This document shows, piece by piece, positions 25,594 to 45,539 of a stretch of 64,000 nucleotides of DNA (position 1 is the first letter of the stretch; each line of letters starts with the position of its first letter). The position numbers were made by a program, and so were the translations under genes. The DNA is from the human T2T-CHM13v2.0 reference genome, Homo sapiens. The notes beneath the pieces are model-generated. The model was not told the origin of the DNA, searched no databases, and worked only from the letters and a program-made list of their open reading frames with translations. Location: the NCBI RefSeq assembly GCF_009914755.1, contig NC_060925.1. One strand, written 5' to 3'.

Positions 25594-27759
25594 TCAGTTG
25601 CTGGTTATATCTCATTAGCTTTAATAGTTAGTCACTTCTGATACAGCATATGTTTTGTTCATTCTGGGATAACAGATTTAGGACAGGGAAAAACAAGTGA
25701 AATAAAAATGTAATCCCCTCTTTGCCACCTTTGATAAATTTAATCACATACACTGAGAGCTTTGCTTGCACTTAAAAATGACAGTAAATTTATAGGTTAA
25801 AATTTTAAAATTGTTCCAACAATGGGAGGCACATTGTTATTATTACCATTGCTATAGTTGAATGAAGGAAGATTAAATATATCTATTATTCTCCAAAAAA
25901 AATGCTTATGGAATTGATTAAAAGATTTAATAAATGACATTGCTATATTGTGATTTAGTAAGCAAATAAAGTTATCCTCCTGGAGGTTGGAAAATAAATC
26001 TTACTTGGTTTAACTACTCCTATTAACAATGTTTCAACTAATGAATTTCTTTTCCTTTTTTTTTTTTTTTGAGACGGAGTTGTTCTGTCACTCAGGGCTG
26101 GAGTGCAGTGGCACAACCTCAGCTCACTACAACCCCCGTCTCCAGAGTTCAAGTGATTCTCCTGCCTCAAGCTGCTGAACAGCTGGGATTACAGACATGT
26201 GCCACCATGCCCAGCTAATTTTTGTATTTTTAGTAGAGATACAGTTTCACCATGTTGGTCAGGCTGGTCTTGAACTCCCGACCTCAAGTCATATGCCTGC
26301 CTCGGCCTCCCAAAGTGCTGGGATTACAAGTGTGAGCCACTGCGCCTGGCCTCGACTAATGAATATTTTTGATAAAATGAATAAAATTATCAGGCAATAG
26401 TGACCAAAGCATGTCATGAATTTAACAATGAGAAGAGTAGTGGCTTTTTCCAACAGATTTCAATTCAGTCATCTGAAGTACTTGTTTGTGAAATACCTTA
26501 AACTCCTTTCTCATTTCTAGTCTCTGCTCTTGCTGGCCATCCCCTCTTGCAGAAATACCGTACTCCTACTTGCCAGTAGGACAAATTCCTACTCTGCCAC
26601 GTAAGAGTTACCTCTTCTTGAGGTTCTATCCCCTCCAGCCAATTAAGTATTCCTCTGACCTTCTATTCATTTTGTACAGTATCTTCATTATCTCAAAGTT
26701 ATATAAATATTTGTTGAGAGAGGTGGCCTACAAGACGTAAGCCAACATTAGATAAATACTAGAGATAGTTTCTACTTTTCACCACTTCATAAGTTACAAT
26801 TTTGCTTATTAACCACTTGCCTAATTAAAACCCACATTAAGAGCCAGGAGTGGTGGCTTATGCCTATAATCACAGCAACTCAGGAGACTGCCACCAGAGG
26901 ATCGCTTGAGGCCAGGAGTTCGAGACCAGCCTGGGCAAATAGTGAGACCCCCCCCCCCCGCCATTTCCAAGAAGAAAAAAAAAATGCTAGGTATGGTGGT
27001 GTGCACCTGTAGTCCCAGCTATGTGGGAGGCTGAGGTGGGAAGATCACCTGATGATTGCACCACTGCACTCCAGCCTGTGACAGTGCAAGACCATCTCTT
27101 AAAAAATTAATTAAAATATGAAAAAATAAAATCCACATTTTACTTCTCATTGCTATGGCTTCCAATAAAGTCAAGACAAGGCAAGAGCACTAAAGCAATC
27201 AAGATGCAAAAATGCACAGCCACGAGTTTGCTTTAAGGAAAATATGCCTTAAGATGTGGTGTCCAGAAATGTGAAAATTGCCAATACCAATTGTCTTTTT
27301 ATGTGTGTTGAATCATACTGTATTTCAGATGGGTAGTGTTATGGCTGAAAACTGTTAATACTAGTTCAATTTTAACAGTCAGCATTTAAAGGGATGGAAT
27401 CCAGAAAACTAATTTCCATCTCTGACCTTCTATAAATTTGCTATGATCTCAGGAAAATTGATTTTGCATACTGTATCAACTGTACGGTAAAAATAATAAT
27501 CCATCAGAAACTTCAAAAGGCTATATTCTGTACCATTTCTATGAAAATAAGTGATGACTGTGCAGAATACAAATATATTCAAAGATAGCTTATAATATGA
27601 AATTCAGCTACCAGACAGAAATATGGGGAGGACAGAAGTGTTCACTTCATTTAAGACTGATTCTAGGCCGGGCCCGGTGGCTCACGCCTGTAATCCCAGC
27701 ACTTTGGGAGGCCAAGGCGGGCAGATCATGAGGTCAGGAGATCGAGACCATCCTGGTTA

Positions 27760-27930
<171 letters not shown>

Positions 27931-29157
27931 TCAAAAAAAAAAAAAAAAAAAAAACAGACTGATTCTACAGATAAGACTAATGACCTGAGAACACCTCCCT
28001 GGCACTTGGAGCAAAAGGCCAGTGATATGGTCTATGTTAAACAGTCCACTTTTCAATAATGTTTAAAATAACCCACAACTAACAACATAATTTCACTGCT
28101 TCATGTTTACTATTCTGTATCAGTTTACAAACTAAAATTAAACTGACACACACTTAACAGAATTCCCGACAACACAATAACATTACCATACAAAAGATAA
28201 TACCAAGGTTGTTATGAGTTATCTAGTTCTCTGTTACTTCCTTAATGCTGTAAACTACAAATCAGAACCCCAAATAGGAGAAATGCTAAATAGAAAGTAC
28301 ATAAAGATGACTCATACAGGCAAACAGGTATGCAAAAACATTCAAAGTTCTCTCATTCTTAAACACTGAAATTCCTTAAAGCAAATACAAATTAAATGGA
28401 GTTCTAGAAGGGTAAACAGTGATCCTTAGTATCAGGAAGAAAAAACTATTTTAATAATGGCCACGCGCAGTGGTTCACACCCGTAATCCCAGCACTGTGG
28501 GAAGCCAAGGTGGGCGAATAGCTTGAGCCCAAGAGTTCAACACCAGCCCTGGCAACACAGCAAAACCTCGTCTGTACAAAAAAAAAAAAAAAAAAAAAAA
28601 AATTAGCCAGGCTTGGTGGCTCTGTCTCAAAAAAAAGAGAAAAGAAAATAAATAAAATTACCAACATGGTGGCTTGTGTCTGTATCCCAGCGACTCAGGA
28701 GTCTGAGGTGGGAGGACTGTTTGAGGCCAGGAGTCCAGCTGGGGCAACATGGTGATTCTCCTGCCTCAACTTCCCAAGAAGCTGGGACTCCAGGTGCACA
28801 CCATCAAGACCAGCTAATTTTTTTATTTTGTAGAGCCAGGATTTCGCCACATCGCCCAGGCTGGTCTCAAACTCCTGGGTTCAAGTGATCCTCCTGTATT
28901 GGCATCCAAAAGTGCTGGAATTACAGGTGTGAGACACCATGCCCCCGGCTCATATCACTTCCTAACTAATCTGCCACAATTAGAGAGAATTAGCTGGTTT
29001 CCCACTTCCTTCCTTCTTCCTTCTTCAATCTATTCTTTATTTCGCTGTAGTATTAAACTTCATGATGCAAATCTGGATCAAAAACTTTTGACTGGGCCAG
29101 GCACAGTGGCTCATACCTGTAATCCTACCACTTTGGGAGGCCGAGGCGGGTGGATCA

Positions 29158-29416
<259 letters not shown>

Positions 29417-29461
29417 CTATTCTTTAAAATTCAAGGTTTTTAAATTTTGTTTTGTTTTTGA

Positions 29462-29572
<111 letters not shown>

Positions 29573-29934
29573 TAAGTTGCTGGGATTACAGGCGCCTGCC
29601 ACCATGCCCGGCTAATTTTTCTGTTTTTAGTAGAGATGGGGTTTCACCATGTTGCCCAGGCTGATCTTGAACTCCTGACCTCAGGTGACCTGCCTACCTC
29701 AGCCTCCCGAAGTGTTGGGATTACAGGCATGAGCCACCGCGTCTGGCCTAATCTTACTTTTTGTGTGCCTCTCCTCACTCTGGTCTATTCCTCTCTCCTT
29801 CAGCCAAATGATCGTAATATTCTCTCTTCCCACCTCTATGATCCTTTGTTCTTGCTGCCCTTTTTTGTTTGTTTTTGTTTTTTTTTTGAGATGTAGTCTA
29901 GCTCTGTCACCCAGGCTGGGGAGCAGTGGCGTGA

Positions 29935-30162
<228 letters not shown>

Positions 30163-30293
30163 TAGCTGGGCCAAGGTTTAATTTGGACATATTCATAGAA
30201 GAAGGATGTCTGGGCTGGGTGCGGTGGCTCACGCCTATAATCCCAACACTTTGGGAGGCTAAGGCAGGTGAATCACCTAAGGTCAGGAGTTCA

Positions 30294-30494
<201 letters not shown>

Positions 30495-30673
30495 TCAAAA
30501 ATAATAATATAAACATTTCTGCAATTGGACTGTCTTTCCAAACACAAGTGCACATATTTTATCTAAAATAGTTTCAGCTAAGAGTGCACAGCAAAAACAA
30601 CTGTCCAAAGATAAAAGAACAACCAAATCATTAGGTACTCAGAGGAAATCTCATTCAATATCTCCTAAGGTTC

Positions 30674-30805
30674 CAATGCTTCTCAAATTTTAATGTGAAT
30701 CTAGTTTATAGATTCAGATTCAGTAAGCCTTGGGTGGAACTTGACACTGTATTCTCACCTTGATGATGCCAGCACTGCCAGTTTGGGGACCTTGAGTATC
30801 AAGGT
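30674..30805. mobile_element. MER5-like hAT MITE remnant
   Basis: caatgcttctcaaatttta...gattcagattcagtaag...gatgatgcc...ttgagtatcaagg. Confidence 0.5.
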
Positions 30806-31095
30806 CTTCAGTAACCATTAAAATGTAGCTGGTATCAACACTAGATGAGAAAATGGAATCAACAGGTATTGAGAACATGTGCCAGGTGCCTTATCTCATT
30901 TAATCTTTACGTCAACTCTGTGAGGAACATATTATCAATTCTAAGATGAGGATAAGATGAGGAAAATTGAGGCTGAGATAAATTAACTTGCCCATGATTA
31001 CACAGAACCAGATTTGAACCCAATCATAGGACTCCATTTATTCTTTTTAAGAGATACTATAAATTGTCATTGAAATTAACTTCAAACCATCCTCA

Positions 31096-31544
<449 letters not shown>

Positions 31545-31578
31545 TCATGAGGTCAGGAGATCAAGACCATCCTGGCTA

Positions 31579-31854
<276 letters not shown>

Positions 31855-32282
31855 CTATCTCCAAAAAAAAAAAGAAAAAAAAAGAATAACAATGTTGCAT
31901 GACATCTTGTCTTGGATACAGACTTTCACTTTCCTCTATTACCTGTTTCTTCAAAACGTCCTACCTTTTATTGTTATCCCCCTGCTTTGATGCTGGGCAT
32001 TGTCATCCACACTTGAACCAAAATAGTAGACACCTACCTAACTGTTCTGACTCTAGCCTTTTGCCTCATCAATCTAGAGATTATTCTGCAGTCTCCAGGA
32101 ATTTACTAAATGTGAGCAGACCAGTAGCATGGTAAAAACAGTGTTTCAAGAGGAATTCAAAGTACTTTACAATCCCACAATGCTCCTATCAAATCTCTCG
32201 GGTGGCATATAAACCTAGCTTCCCCACTGATAAACAAAAATATTCTGCAAAGAACATAATACATTTTAACAAGATGCTGTGA

Positions 32283-32690
<408 letters not shown>

Positions 32691-32818
32691 TAGAGCAGAG
32701 GAGAGGACCTCCTTCCATCACAAGTCATTTCCTACTCCATTCCACATTAATCATTTCCAGAAGTCCATCTATACCATTACTTATCGACACAATGTCACAC
32801 TATTTCATATTGTTATAG

Positions 32819-33055
<237 letters not shown>

Positions 33056-33563
33056 TGATCAGCCCGCCTCAGCCATCCAAAGTGCTGGGATTACAGGCAT
33101 GAGCCACCACACCCAGCCATAGTTATGTTCTTATGTAAATTTTCTCAATAACCAGATTACACATTTTTGGTTAATACTTGCACAGCTGGAACAGATTATG
33201 AATTTATGAAAGGTAGATAATGTCTTGATTACATCTTATCCCCAGGAAACCTAAAGGACAGTGGTGTATATGCACATGAAGTAAATCTTTGCTTCAGCTG
33301 ATCATAAAAATCACCTGGCCAAGCACGGTGGCTCACACCTGTAGTCCCAGCTACTTGTGAGTCTGAGGTAGAGGATCACTTAGCCTGGGAAATCCAGGCT
33401 GCAGTGAGCCATGATTGTACCACTGCGCTCCAGCCTGGGTGACAAAGCAAGACCCTGTCTCAAGAAAAAATTTAAAAAGTAAATTACCATCCTGGCTAAC
33501 ACAGTGAAACCCTGTCTCTACTAAAAATACAAAAAATTAGCCAGGCGTGGTGGCAGGCGCCTA

Positions 33564-33683
<120 letters not shown>

Positions 33684-33993
33684 TCAAAAAAAAAAAAGTA
33701 AATTAAAAAAATTAAAAATCACCTAGCAGGTAGATTTCCTGGAGACTGTTTCAGAAAAACAGGCATGAAAGCAGAAATCTTAATTCTATCAACAAGCACC
33801 ACAGATCCAAATCCAGAAAACCTTTGGTAGTACTTTTTTTTTTTGAGACGGAGTTTCACTCTTGTTGCCTAGGCTAGAGTGAAATAGTGCCATCTCGGCT
33901 CACTGCAGCCTCCGCCTCTCCCAGGTTCATGCAATTCTCCTGCCTCAGCCTCCCGAGTAGCTGGAATTACAGGCGCCCACCCCGCCCAGCTAA

Positions 33994-34137
<144 letters not shown>

Positions 34138-35164
34138 TGAGGGTTAGGGTTTTGCCATGCCAAGGTTAAGTTACTTCTAAAACTTAACCTTATGTTCTCA
34201 TTTATAATTTTCTTACAATGCTTTATACACTTTACTGAGCAATAGGCTTAAAATACGGTTAATAAAACTTGCAGAAAAATACAAAATAGTATAAGCAGGA
34301 GTAGATATTATAGAACAACTGAACCCTTATTTCACAAATGAGGAAAGTGAGGTCAGAAAACCTAAGTGGCTTTAAGGTCATACAGCCAATGAGTAGCAAA
34401 AATAGAAACTGTATCTTTTGTCTTTCAGCCCAGCACTTCTTCTATTGTACCATACCAAAATTTATTTATAAAAAATCAGCAGTAAAGCATTATTTACTAA
34501 TGTCCATCAAAAACAGACCAGTTGAACAAACTCTGGTGCATCCTCACTGTGTAGCTGTGGAAATGAATAAGGACTACCTCTGTTCCAATATGGAATGATC
34601 TCCAAAATATACTAGGTGAAAAGACCAAGAGGCTGAGCAGCGTATATAGTAGGAAAACCTTTTGCATAAGAGAAAAAAAGAATATATGCAGATATTTGCT
34701 TATTATTGCAAAATCCAACATTTAAAGGATAAACCAAAACCAAATAAATATTAGAATGGTTCAAGCACCAACCATGAGACAACCCTTGGCAATTCCTCCT
34801 CAAAGTCCCAGCTATAAAAGTGGTAGTAGGCTGGAAGCCGTGGCTCATGCCTGTAATCCCAACACTTTGGGAGGCCGAGGCGGGCAGATCATGAGGTCAG
34901 GAGTTCGAGACCAGCCTGACCAACATGGTAAAACACCGTCTCTACTGAAAATGCAAAAATTATTTGGGAGTGGTGGTGCACGCCTGTAATCCCAGCTACT
35001 CAGGAGGCTGAGGCAGGAGAATCGCTTGAACCTGGGAGGTGGGGAGGCAGAGGTTGCAGTGAGCCGAGATTGCACCCCTGCACTCCAGCCTGGGCAACCA
35101 AGTGAGACTGCGTCTTTTAAAAAAAAAAAAAAGTGGCAGTAAGTTTGAGTGGTGGTCCCTACTA

Positions 35165-35302
<138 letters not shown>

Positions 35303-35362
35303 CTACTAAAAATACAAAATTAGCCAGGCATAGTGGCGTCTGCCTGTAATCCCAGCTACTCA

Positions 35363-35551
<189 letters not shown>

Positions 35552-35786
35552 TCACCTGAGCCCAGGGGTTCAGGACCACCCTGGACAACATGGCAAAACC
35601 CTAACTCTACAGGCCAGGTGCAGTGGCTCACGCCTGTAATCCCAGCACTTTGGGAGGCCAAGACGGGCGGATCACTTGAAGCTGGGAGTTCAAGACCAGC
35701 TTGACCAACATGGAGAAACCCCGTCTCTACTAAAAATACAAAATTAGCCGGGTGTGGTGGCACATGCCTGTAATCCCAGCTACTCA

Positions 35787-35891
<105 letters not shown>

Positions 35892-36179
35892 TCAAAAAAA
35901 AAAAAAAAAAAAACCCTAACTCTACAGAAACAACGGACACGGTGGCACCTGCTTGTAGTCTCTGCTACTAGGGAGGCTGGGGTAGGAGGGTCACCTGAGC
36001 CTGGGGAGGTCAATGCTGGAGTAAACCGTGATCGCCCACTGCACTCCAGTCTGGGAGGCAGATTGAGATCCTGTCTCAAAAAAAAAAAAAAAAAAATTAT
36101 AGTAATACCATCTCCTCCCTTTTGTTCCCCTGACCCTTAATAGTTTCACCCTACAGTAATTAATTTCTAAGTTACCTAC

Positions 36180-36607
36180 TGCTATGGTTTAGATAAGGTT
36201 TGTCGCCACCAAAACTCATGTGGAAATTTGATCCCCAATGTGGTGGTGTTAGGAGGTGGGGCCTACTGGGTGGTGTTTAGGTAATGGGGGCAGATCTCTC
36301 ATGAGTGACTTGGTGCTGTTCTCCTGGTAGTGAGTGAGTTCTGGCTCTCCGAAACTAGATTAGTTCCTGGGAGAGTAGGTTGTTATAAATCAGGCCATCC
36401 CCAACGTTTCCCCTATTCACATGTCAACTTCCCCTTTGACCTTTCCTGCCACACTGTGATACAGCTGGAAAGCCCTGCCAGAAGCCAGGGCCATGGACTT
36501 GAACTTCCTAGCCTGTAGAACCATGAGCTAAATAAACCTCTTTTCTTTATATAATAAATTACTTAATCTCAGGTATTCTTTACAGAAACACAAAATGGAC
36601 TAAGACA
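36180..36607 (+). mobile_element. MST-family (ERVL-MaLR) solo LTR
   Basis: TGCTATGGTTT... to ...GGACTAAGACA with TG...CA termini, AATAAA, and a perfect 5-bp TSD CCTAC (36175-36179 and 36608-36612). Confidence 0.9.
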
Positions 36608-36692
36608 CCTACTCTACCATCTTTTGCCCTTCTGGTGTTATAACACATATGTAACCAATTCCCTATATTAAATTTCCTCTTTGAAATATTTA

Positions 36693-37115
<423 letters not shown>

Positions 37116-37118
37116 TCA

Positions 37119-37314
<196 letters not shown>

Positions 37315-37514
37315 TCAAAAAAAAATATTGGCCAGGTGTAGTGGTGCCCACCTGTAGTTCTAGCTACTCGGGAGGCTGAGGCAGGAGGATCGCTTGAGCC
37401 AGGAGATTGGGGCTGCATTGAGCCATAATCACACCACACTTTAGCATGGCAAAAAAAAAAAAAACAACAACAAAAAAAGAAAACTGCAAAGGGATCTTTT
37501 TTTTATTTTTTTGA

Positions 37515-37673
<159 letters not shown>

Positions 37674-37821
37674 TAGTAGAGATGGGGTTTCCCCATTGTT
37701 GGTCAGGCTGGTCTCGAACTCCTGACCTCAGGTGATCCACCCGTCTCAGCCTCCCAAAGTGCTGGGATTACTTTAAGTTAGCTTCAGGTATTTTATTAGT
37801 AGTAATATGGAATATATATAA

Positions 37822-38067
<246 letters not shown>

Positions 38068-38298
38068 TGATCTGCCCACCTCAGCCTCCCAAAGTGCTGG
38101 GATTACAGGCGTGAGCCACAGCACCCATCCAGTTGTTACATTTTTAAACCTTCTTATACATACATAGGATAAAGCAAATAAATGTTAATATTATTAAAAC
38201 CAAATATTTCAGTATGACACAAATATAAAATCAAAAGAAAAAATCCCATAAATGTGTTAAATTCAGTTGTAAATATCAATATAAAGTTCTGATTTCTA

Positions 38299-38652
<354 letters not shown>

Positions 38653-38655
38653 TCA

Positions 38656-38974
<319 letters not shown>

Positions 38975-39125
38975 CTAGAAACAATGAAGACCCTGTAGCA
39001 ATGAGCATCCCTAGCACACAGATCCTGGTTTCTACTGGCATTCCCTGTAAAAGACACTGAGTCGCCAGGCGCGGTGGCTCACGCCTGTAATCCCAGCACT
39101 TTGGGAGGCCGAGGCAGGCGGATCA

Positions 39126-39398
<273 letters not shown>

Positions 39399-39996
39399 TC
39401 AATGACAGGTAGATACAAGGTGAATCCGGGATAGCTTGTTGTGACAAAAAATAAGGAAGCACTCCAAGACCAAAGGTGACATATCAGAAGGACACACTAC
39501 CAACTTAAGGAGGCTTATGCTGGCCAAATTTCAGGGTCAGAACGACTAATGGTGAGAACGAAGTGTAAAATAATGAATAAATTAAAATCCATGTACAATA
39601 TAGTGATACAGAAAGTAGCAAGGAAACTTATTTGCTACCACTGAGGTGACCACTTCACCAATTCTTTACGAAGAAATTTATAATGAAAAGCAAAAAAGTA
39701 AACACCCTACCTTATTAGAGATCAATAAAGGAAACATTTGAAAGTGCGTTTACCCCCATACTAGTGAATTCCTTAAAACAACTGAAAGTATCCTAAATAG
39801 AAAATATTCTAAGGGAACATTACCAGCTAAAACCAAAACATGCTTGCCTTTATAGAAATTAAATGAACTACTTCAAATCTATTTATTACTAGAAAACAAG
39901 AGAGCGAGGCGTAGTGGCTCACACCTGTAATCACAGCACTTTGGGAGTCCGAGGCGGGCGGATCATGAGGTCAGGAGATCGAGACCATCCTGGCTA

Positions 39997-40224
<228 letters not shown>

Positions 40225-40354
40225 CTAAATTACTGTACTGAACAGTACATTTTTTTTTTTTTTTTCTGAGACAGAGTCTCACTCTGTCGCCCAGGCTGGA
40301 GGGCAGTGGAGGGACATCAACTCACTGCAACCTCTGCCTCCTGGGTTCAAGTGA

Positions 40355-40558
<204 letters not shown>

Positions 40559-41296
40559 TAAAAGTGACTATTGCCATATATAATAACTATACATTTATCA
40601 GATTTATATAGTGTACATATATAAATACACTTATCTGTGTGTGTGTGTGCACATCAAAGCATCACAAGATACATCCACCTTTGAAGCAAAACACTGGAAA
40701 AAATTAAAAACTCAGAAAAAAACTTTACAGGCCAGCACAGTAGCTCATGCCTGTAATCCTAGCACTTTGGGAGGCTGAGGCAGGTGGATCACTTGAAGAC
40801 AGGAGTTCGAGAGTAGCCTGGCCAACATGGTGAAACCCCGTGTCTACTAAAAATACAAAATTAGCCAGGCATGGTGGTGTGCACCTGTAATACCAGTTAC
40901 TCAGGAGGCTGAGGCAGGAGAATCACTTGAACCCAGAAGCAAAGGTTGCAGTGAGCCAAGATGGCGCCACTGCCCTCCAGCCTAGGCAACAGAGAGAGAC
41001 TTCCTCTCAAAACAAACAAACAAACAAACAAACAAACAACTTTACAAATTAAAAAGTAGAAATTTCAGGCAGGGCACTGTGGCTCACGCCTGTAATCCTA
41101 GCACTTTGGGAGGCCAAGGCCAGCGGATCACCTGAGATCAGGAGCTCCAGACCAGCTTGGCCAACATGTTGAAACCCCATCTTTACTAAAAATACAAAAA
41201 TTAGGCAGGCACAGTGGCTCACGCCTGTAATCCCCACACTTTGGGAGGCCGAGGCGGGCAGATCACGAGGTCTGGAAATCGAGACAATCCTGGCTA

Positions 41297-41455
<159 letters not shown>

Positions 41456-42050
41456 CTAGCCTGGCGACAGACCCGAGACTCCGTCTCAAAAAAAAAAAAA
41501 AAAAGAAAAAAAGAAAAGAAAGACTTGCCTATAAGTCATAAGCTATATTATAAGCTTAATGCTGGACAATTTTTAAATGACTTGTCTGTAAGTCATATCC
41601 TTGTACATGTAGCAAGCTGTCACATTATAGAAAACTGAACACATCACCTTCACTTTTCCATCAGCCGCAACTTTAGATCACTCATTTTCAGTTAAGATAC
41701 AGATGGTATATGTTCAATAATACAGTGCCACATAAAAATTTCACTCAATCCAAAAATTCGAAGTTTTTGCAATATAGGCAACAACACGCTAAATTAATTG
41801 TACAACAACTACAGCACTAAGGTAAATAACTTGTACTGGGATACAGAAGTTCAATATCAAAGCTACTAGCAACACCAATCCACATAGATTCTATAAAAGT
41901 TTAGTGTAATTCGTCGGGAGCGGTGGCTGAAGCCTGTAATCCCAGCACTTTGGGAGGCAAAGGTGGGCGGATCACATGGTCAGGAGTTCGAGACCAGCCT
42001 GGCCAATATGGTGAAATCCCATCTCTACTAAAAAAAAACTACAAAAATTA

Positions 42051-42221
<171 letters not shown>

Positions 42222-43071
42222 TTAGTGTAATTCTCACTTAAGCGGTCAGCTTCAATCAAAAAGGAATTAAGATCTTCTCATTTTATTTATTGTTGGGAAA
42301 AAGGAGACAGTACTAATAACCACCTATAATCAACATTGTAAGGAATAACAATTAAATATTTACTGTATTAATTGTCATCAAATTAAAAACACAGTGCCTC
42401 TTGTACTAGTTTACAAAACAAAAACAAAAAAGCATCATCACTCTAAAGTTGTCACCACTTAGTAATCTGAGATATTTTAATTGCAGCTGCAATGTTTGTG
42501 TTTGTTGCCTGTGTATATGACTCATATAGAAAGGTTTTCCCAAGACTGCTGGATTTTTGAGAATGCAGAAGCCATAACTGGGGCATACTGTGTGGGAACT
42601 GTCATGACAGTGAATGAATAAAAGGGGAAAGAACCCATGACAGAATTTTTTTTCAAGTTTTTATAAAAAGCAAGTCACTCACTAAAGGCAGACTCTGCAG
42701 AATAATAGGAAAGGTTGGGGAAAAGCCATCCCTGCTCCAAGAAGCCTTCCTTGACTCTCTTGGTTGGATTCAGTGCACTTCTTAACACTACATAGCACTT
42801 AACGGGTTTCCTTGTCTGGCTCCCCAGCCATACTATATGCAACTTCAGACCAAAAGCTGTCTTAAATTAGTACCTACTTCCCAAAACACCCGCCATATGG
42901 AGGGCCCTCAGTAGGTGGTTCATAAATAGGAATAATCAATTTTACATTTACCTTTTATTTTACATTTTACAAAGCACTTTCACGAACACTATCTTTTCTG
43001 ATCCACATTAACAATCGTGGGAAGGGCTTTATTTAATCAAATGGCTTCTGGTTTTATAAAGAGTTAATTCA

Positions 43072-43206
<135 letters not shown>

Positions 43207-44244
43207 TTAGCTGGGCATGATGGCAGGCACCTGCAATCCCAGTTACTCAGGAAGCTGAGGCAGGAGAATCGCCTGAACCGGAGAGGTGGAGGTTGCAGTG
43301 AGCCGAGATCATTGCACTCCAGCCTGGGAAACAAGAGCAAAACTATGTCTCAAAAAACAAACAAAAAGAGTTAATTCAATGACTAAAACAATTCTGAAAT
43401 CACAAAGATAATTACGTATTTGTTCATCTTTGAGATAGCTTCCCCCTGGGACCTCAGTGTTCTCATAAAACTCAGACGTTTTGTTAGCATTTTCTTTGCT
43501 TGCTCTCCATAATAGGTAGGACTCACCCTGCTCTGAATCTTACTCAGGGTTTAAACCACATAAAGCTGTTATTAAAGACCCCTCTAGAAATCAGACAAGA
43601 AGAAGCATCCTAAGCTATTTTTTTTCTGATCCTGTTCTTTTTGTAACTAAGGTAAGGAATTGCAAAGGTCAAAATCTGGAGAGCAAATGATGTCATGGAT
43701 GTCATGAAGTTGCATCAATACCTGATGATGATTTAGCATAACAGTGCAACATATTATGCCAAGAAGCATAATGATGAGCCACCAGGATGTTTTACTGCAT
43801 TAATTTCATGACTCTTTATTAGCAAATTGATATGCAAAGTAGCTCTCCAATTTTCTACCACAGAGAAGCTGCTGGTTCAGATTTACATCTTTAGCAAAGA
43901 CACTAAGAAAATCGACAAATTTCTATGGAAAAGTCTTTGATTTAAAAATAGAAAAGGAGGCTGGGCACGGTGGCTCAAGCCTGGGGTGGGGCAGGGTATC
44001 GCTTGAGACCAGGAGTTTGAGATCAGCCTGGGCAACATGGTGAAACCCCGTCTCTACTAAAATTACAAAAAAAAAAAAAAAAAAAATTAGCGGGCGTGGT
44101 GGCGCACACCTGTAATCCCAGCTACTCAGGAAGCTGAGGCAGGAGAATCGCTTAAACCCAGGGGATGGAGATTGCAGAGAGCCGAGACTGTGCTACTGCA
44201 CTCCAGCCTGGATGACAGAGTGAGAAACTGCAAAAAAAAAAAAA

Positions 44245-44245
44245 A

Positions 44246-44313
<68 letters not shown>

Positions 44314-44315
44314 AA
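44245..44315. repeat. (GAAA)n tetranucleotide repeat at an Alu tail
   Basis: Read directly from the sequence. Confidence 0.97.
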
Positions 44316-45539
44316 ATGGTCAAATAATAACCTAAACAGTTGTCATTTTAACAATGAAAAGCTTTTTAAGATACGCAACATGCCTATGGATCAATGTAGA
44401 TTGAATCATCTATTTATACTGGCTTGTCAAAAGCAAACAGTTACTGGGTATAAAATGACAACATACAATAGAAAAGACACCCAATCAGATTACACACGTG
44501 AATACACTCAAAGTTAGCAATTTAACACAGCATCACTAATGGCCATAAGATATACAGACTTAATTCTAAATATTCAATTCTAAATGATGGTACTTCCCCC
44601 AAATTTTCCTTGCCTCTTTAAATCCATGATGTCATCATTCTTAAGCAGAAGTAAAGCCAATTTGTTACAAAAGATATTTTGGTGTGTCCAAGCAAAAGCA
44701 ATCGCCTCAACAATTCTGCATAGCACAAGTTCAGTGAAGCCATCATTCCTCAAGAAAGAGACCACAAGGCTTCAAACCGACTTCCCTACATGACAGAAAC
44801 ACAATCGAAGTCTCCCAATTAGCATTTAAACAGCAATAAAAGTTGTTCTCAAAAAGGAACAACATAGTTTCAACGTCGGGGCCAGCAACTGCCAGCAAGT
44901 AAAACTGGTAATGTGTCAGAATCTTCATCTAGATCGATCAGAATCCCACCACAGAAAAATCCAGACTCTGGCAATTAAGAAATGAGGCTTTTATTTTCCT
45001 AACAGAAATCGGGAGATTTAACAGACAAAGCAATTGGTTATTCTGAATCTTAACAAACCGAAGGTTTCAAACGAACTCAGCGCTGAAGTTACTCTGCAGC
45101 GACCATCAAGATCTCACAATCGTTTTCTCTTCGCTTACAAATTCGTTCCCACCCTCCACCGTTCCCTTTGCACACACAATTCTCGCCAAGAGAAGCCTTC
45201 CACAGTCACAGCATGGATTGCTGTCTCAAGCAAGGAGATCCGCAGTTCCCATTTCTCTAAGGGAACACTCAACAAGCTAGGGGATAGGAAAGGCCTTTTG
45301 TGTTTTATTTAACGTAAACCAATTCCAAAATTATCCCTTTGCAGCTGCAGGTTCAGAGATGCTAGCCCCCAGCCGCAGCCCCAATTTTGATGGGCACCCG
45401 ACCCCCGACTCCTCTCTCGCAAAGGAGTGAAATGTTCGGAGGAGCGATGAAAGATTACCTGACACCCTAAAGCCATCCTTGCCCGGGCCACACACCCCTT
45501 CACTGCCCGGGTGAGGGGACGAGAACCACCCTGCTGAGG

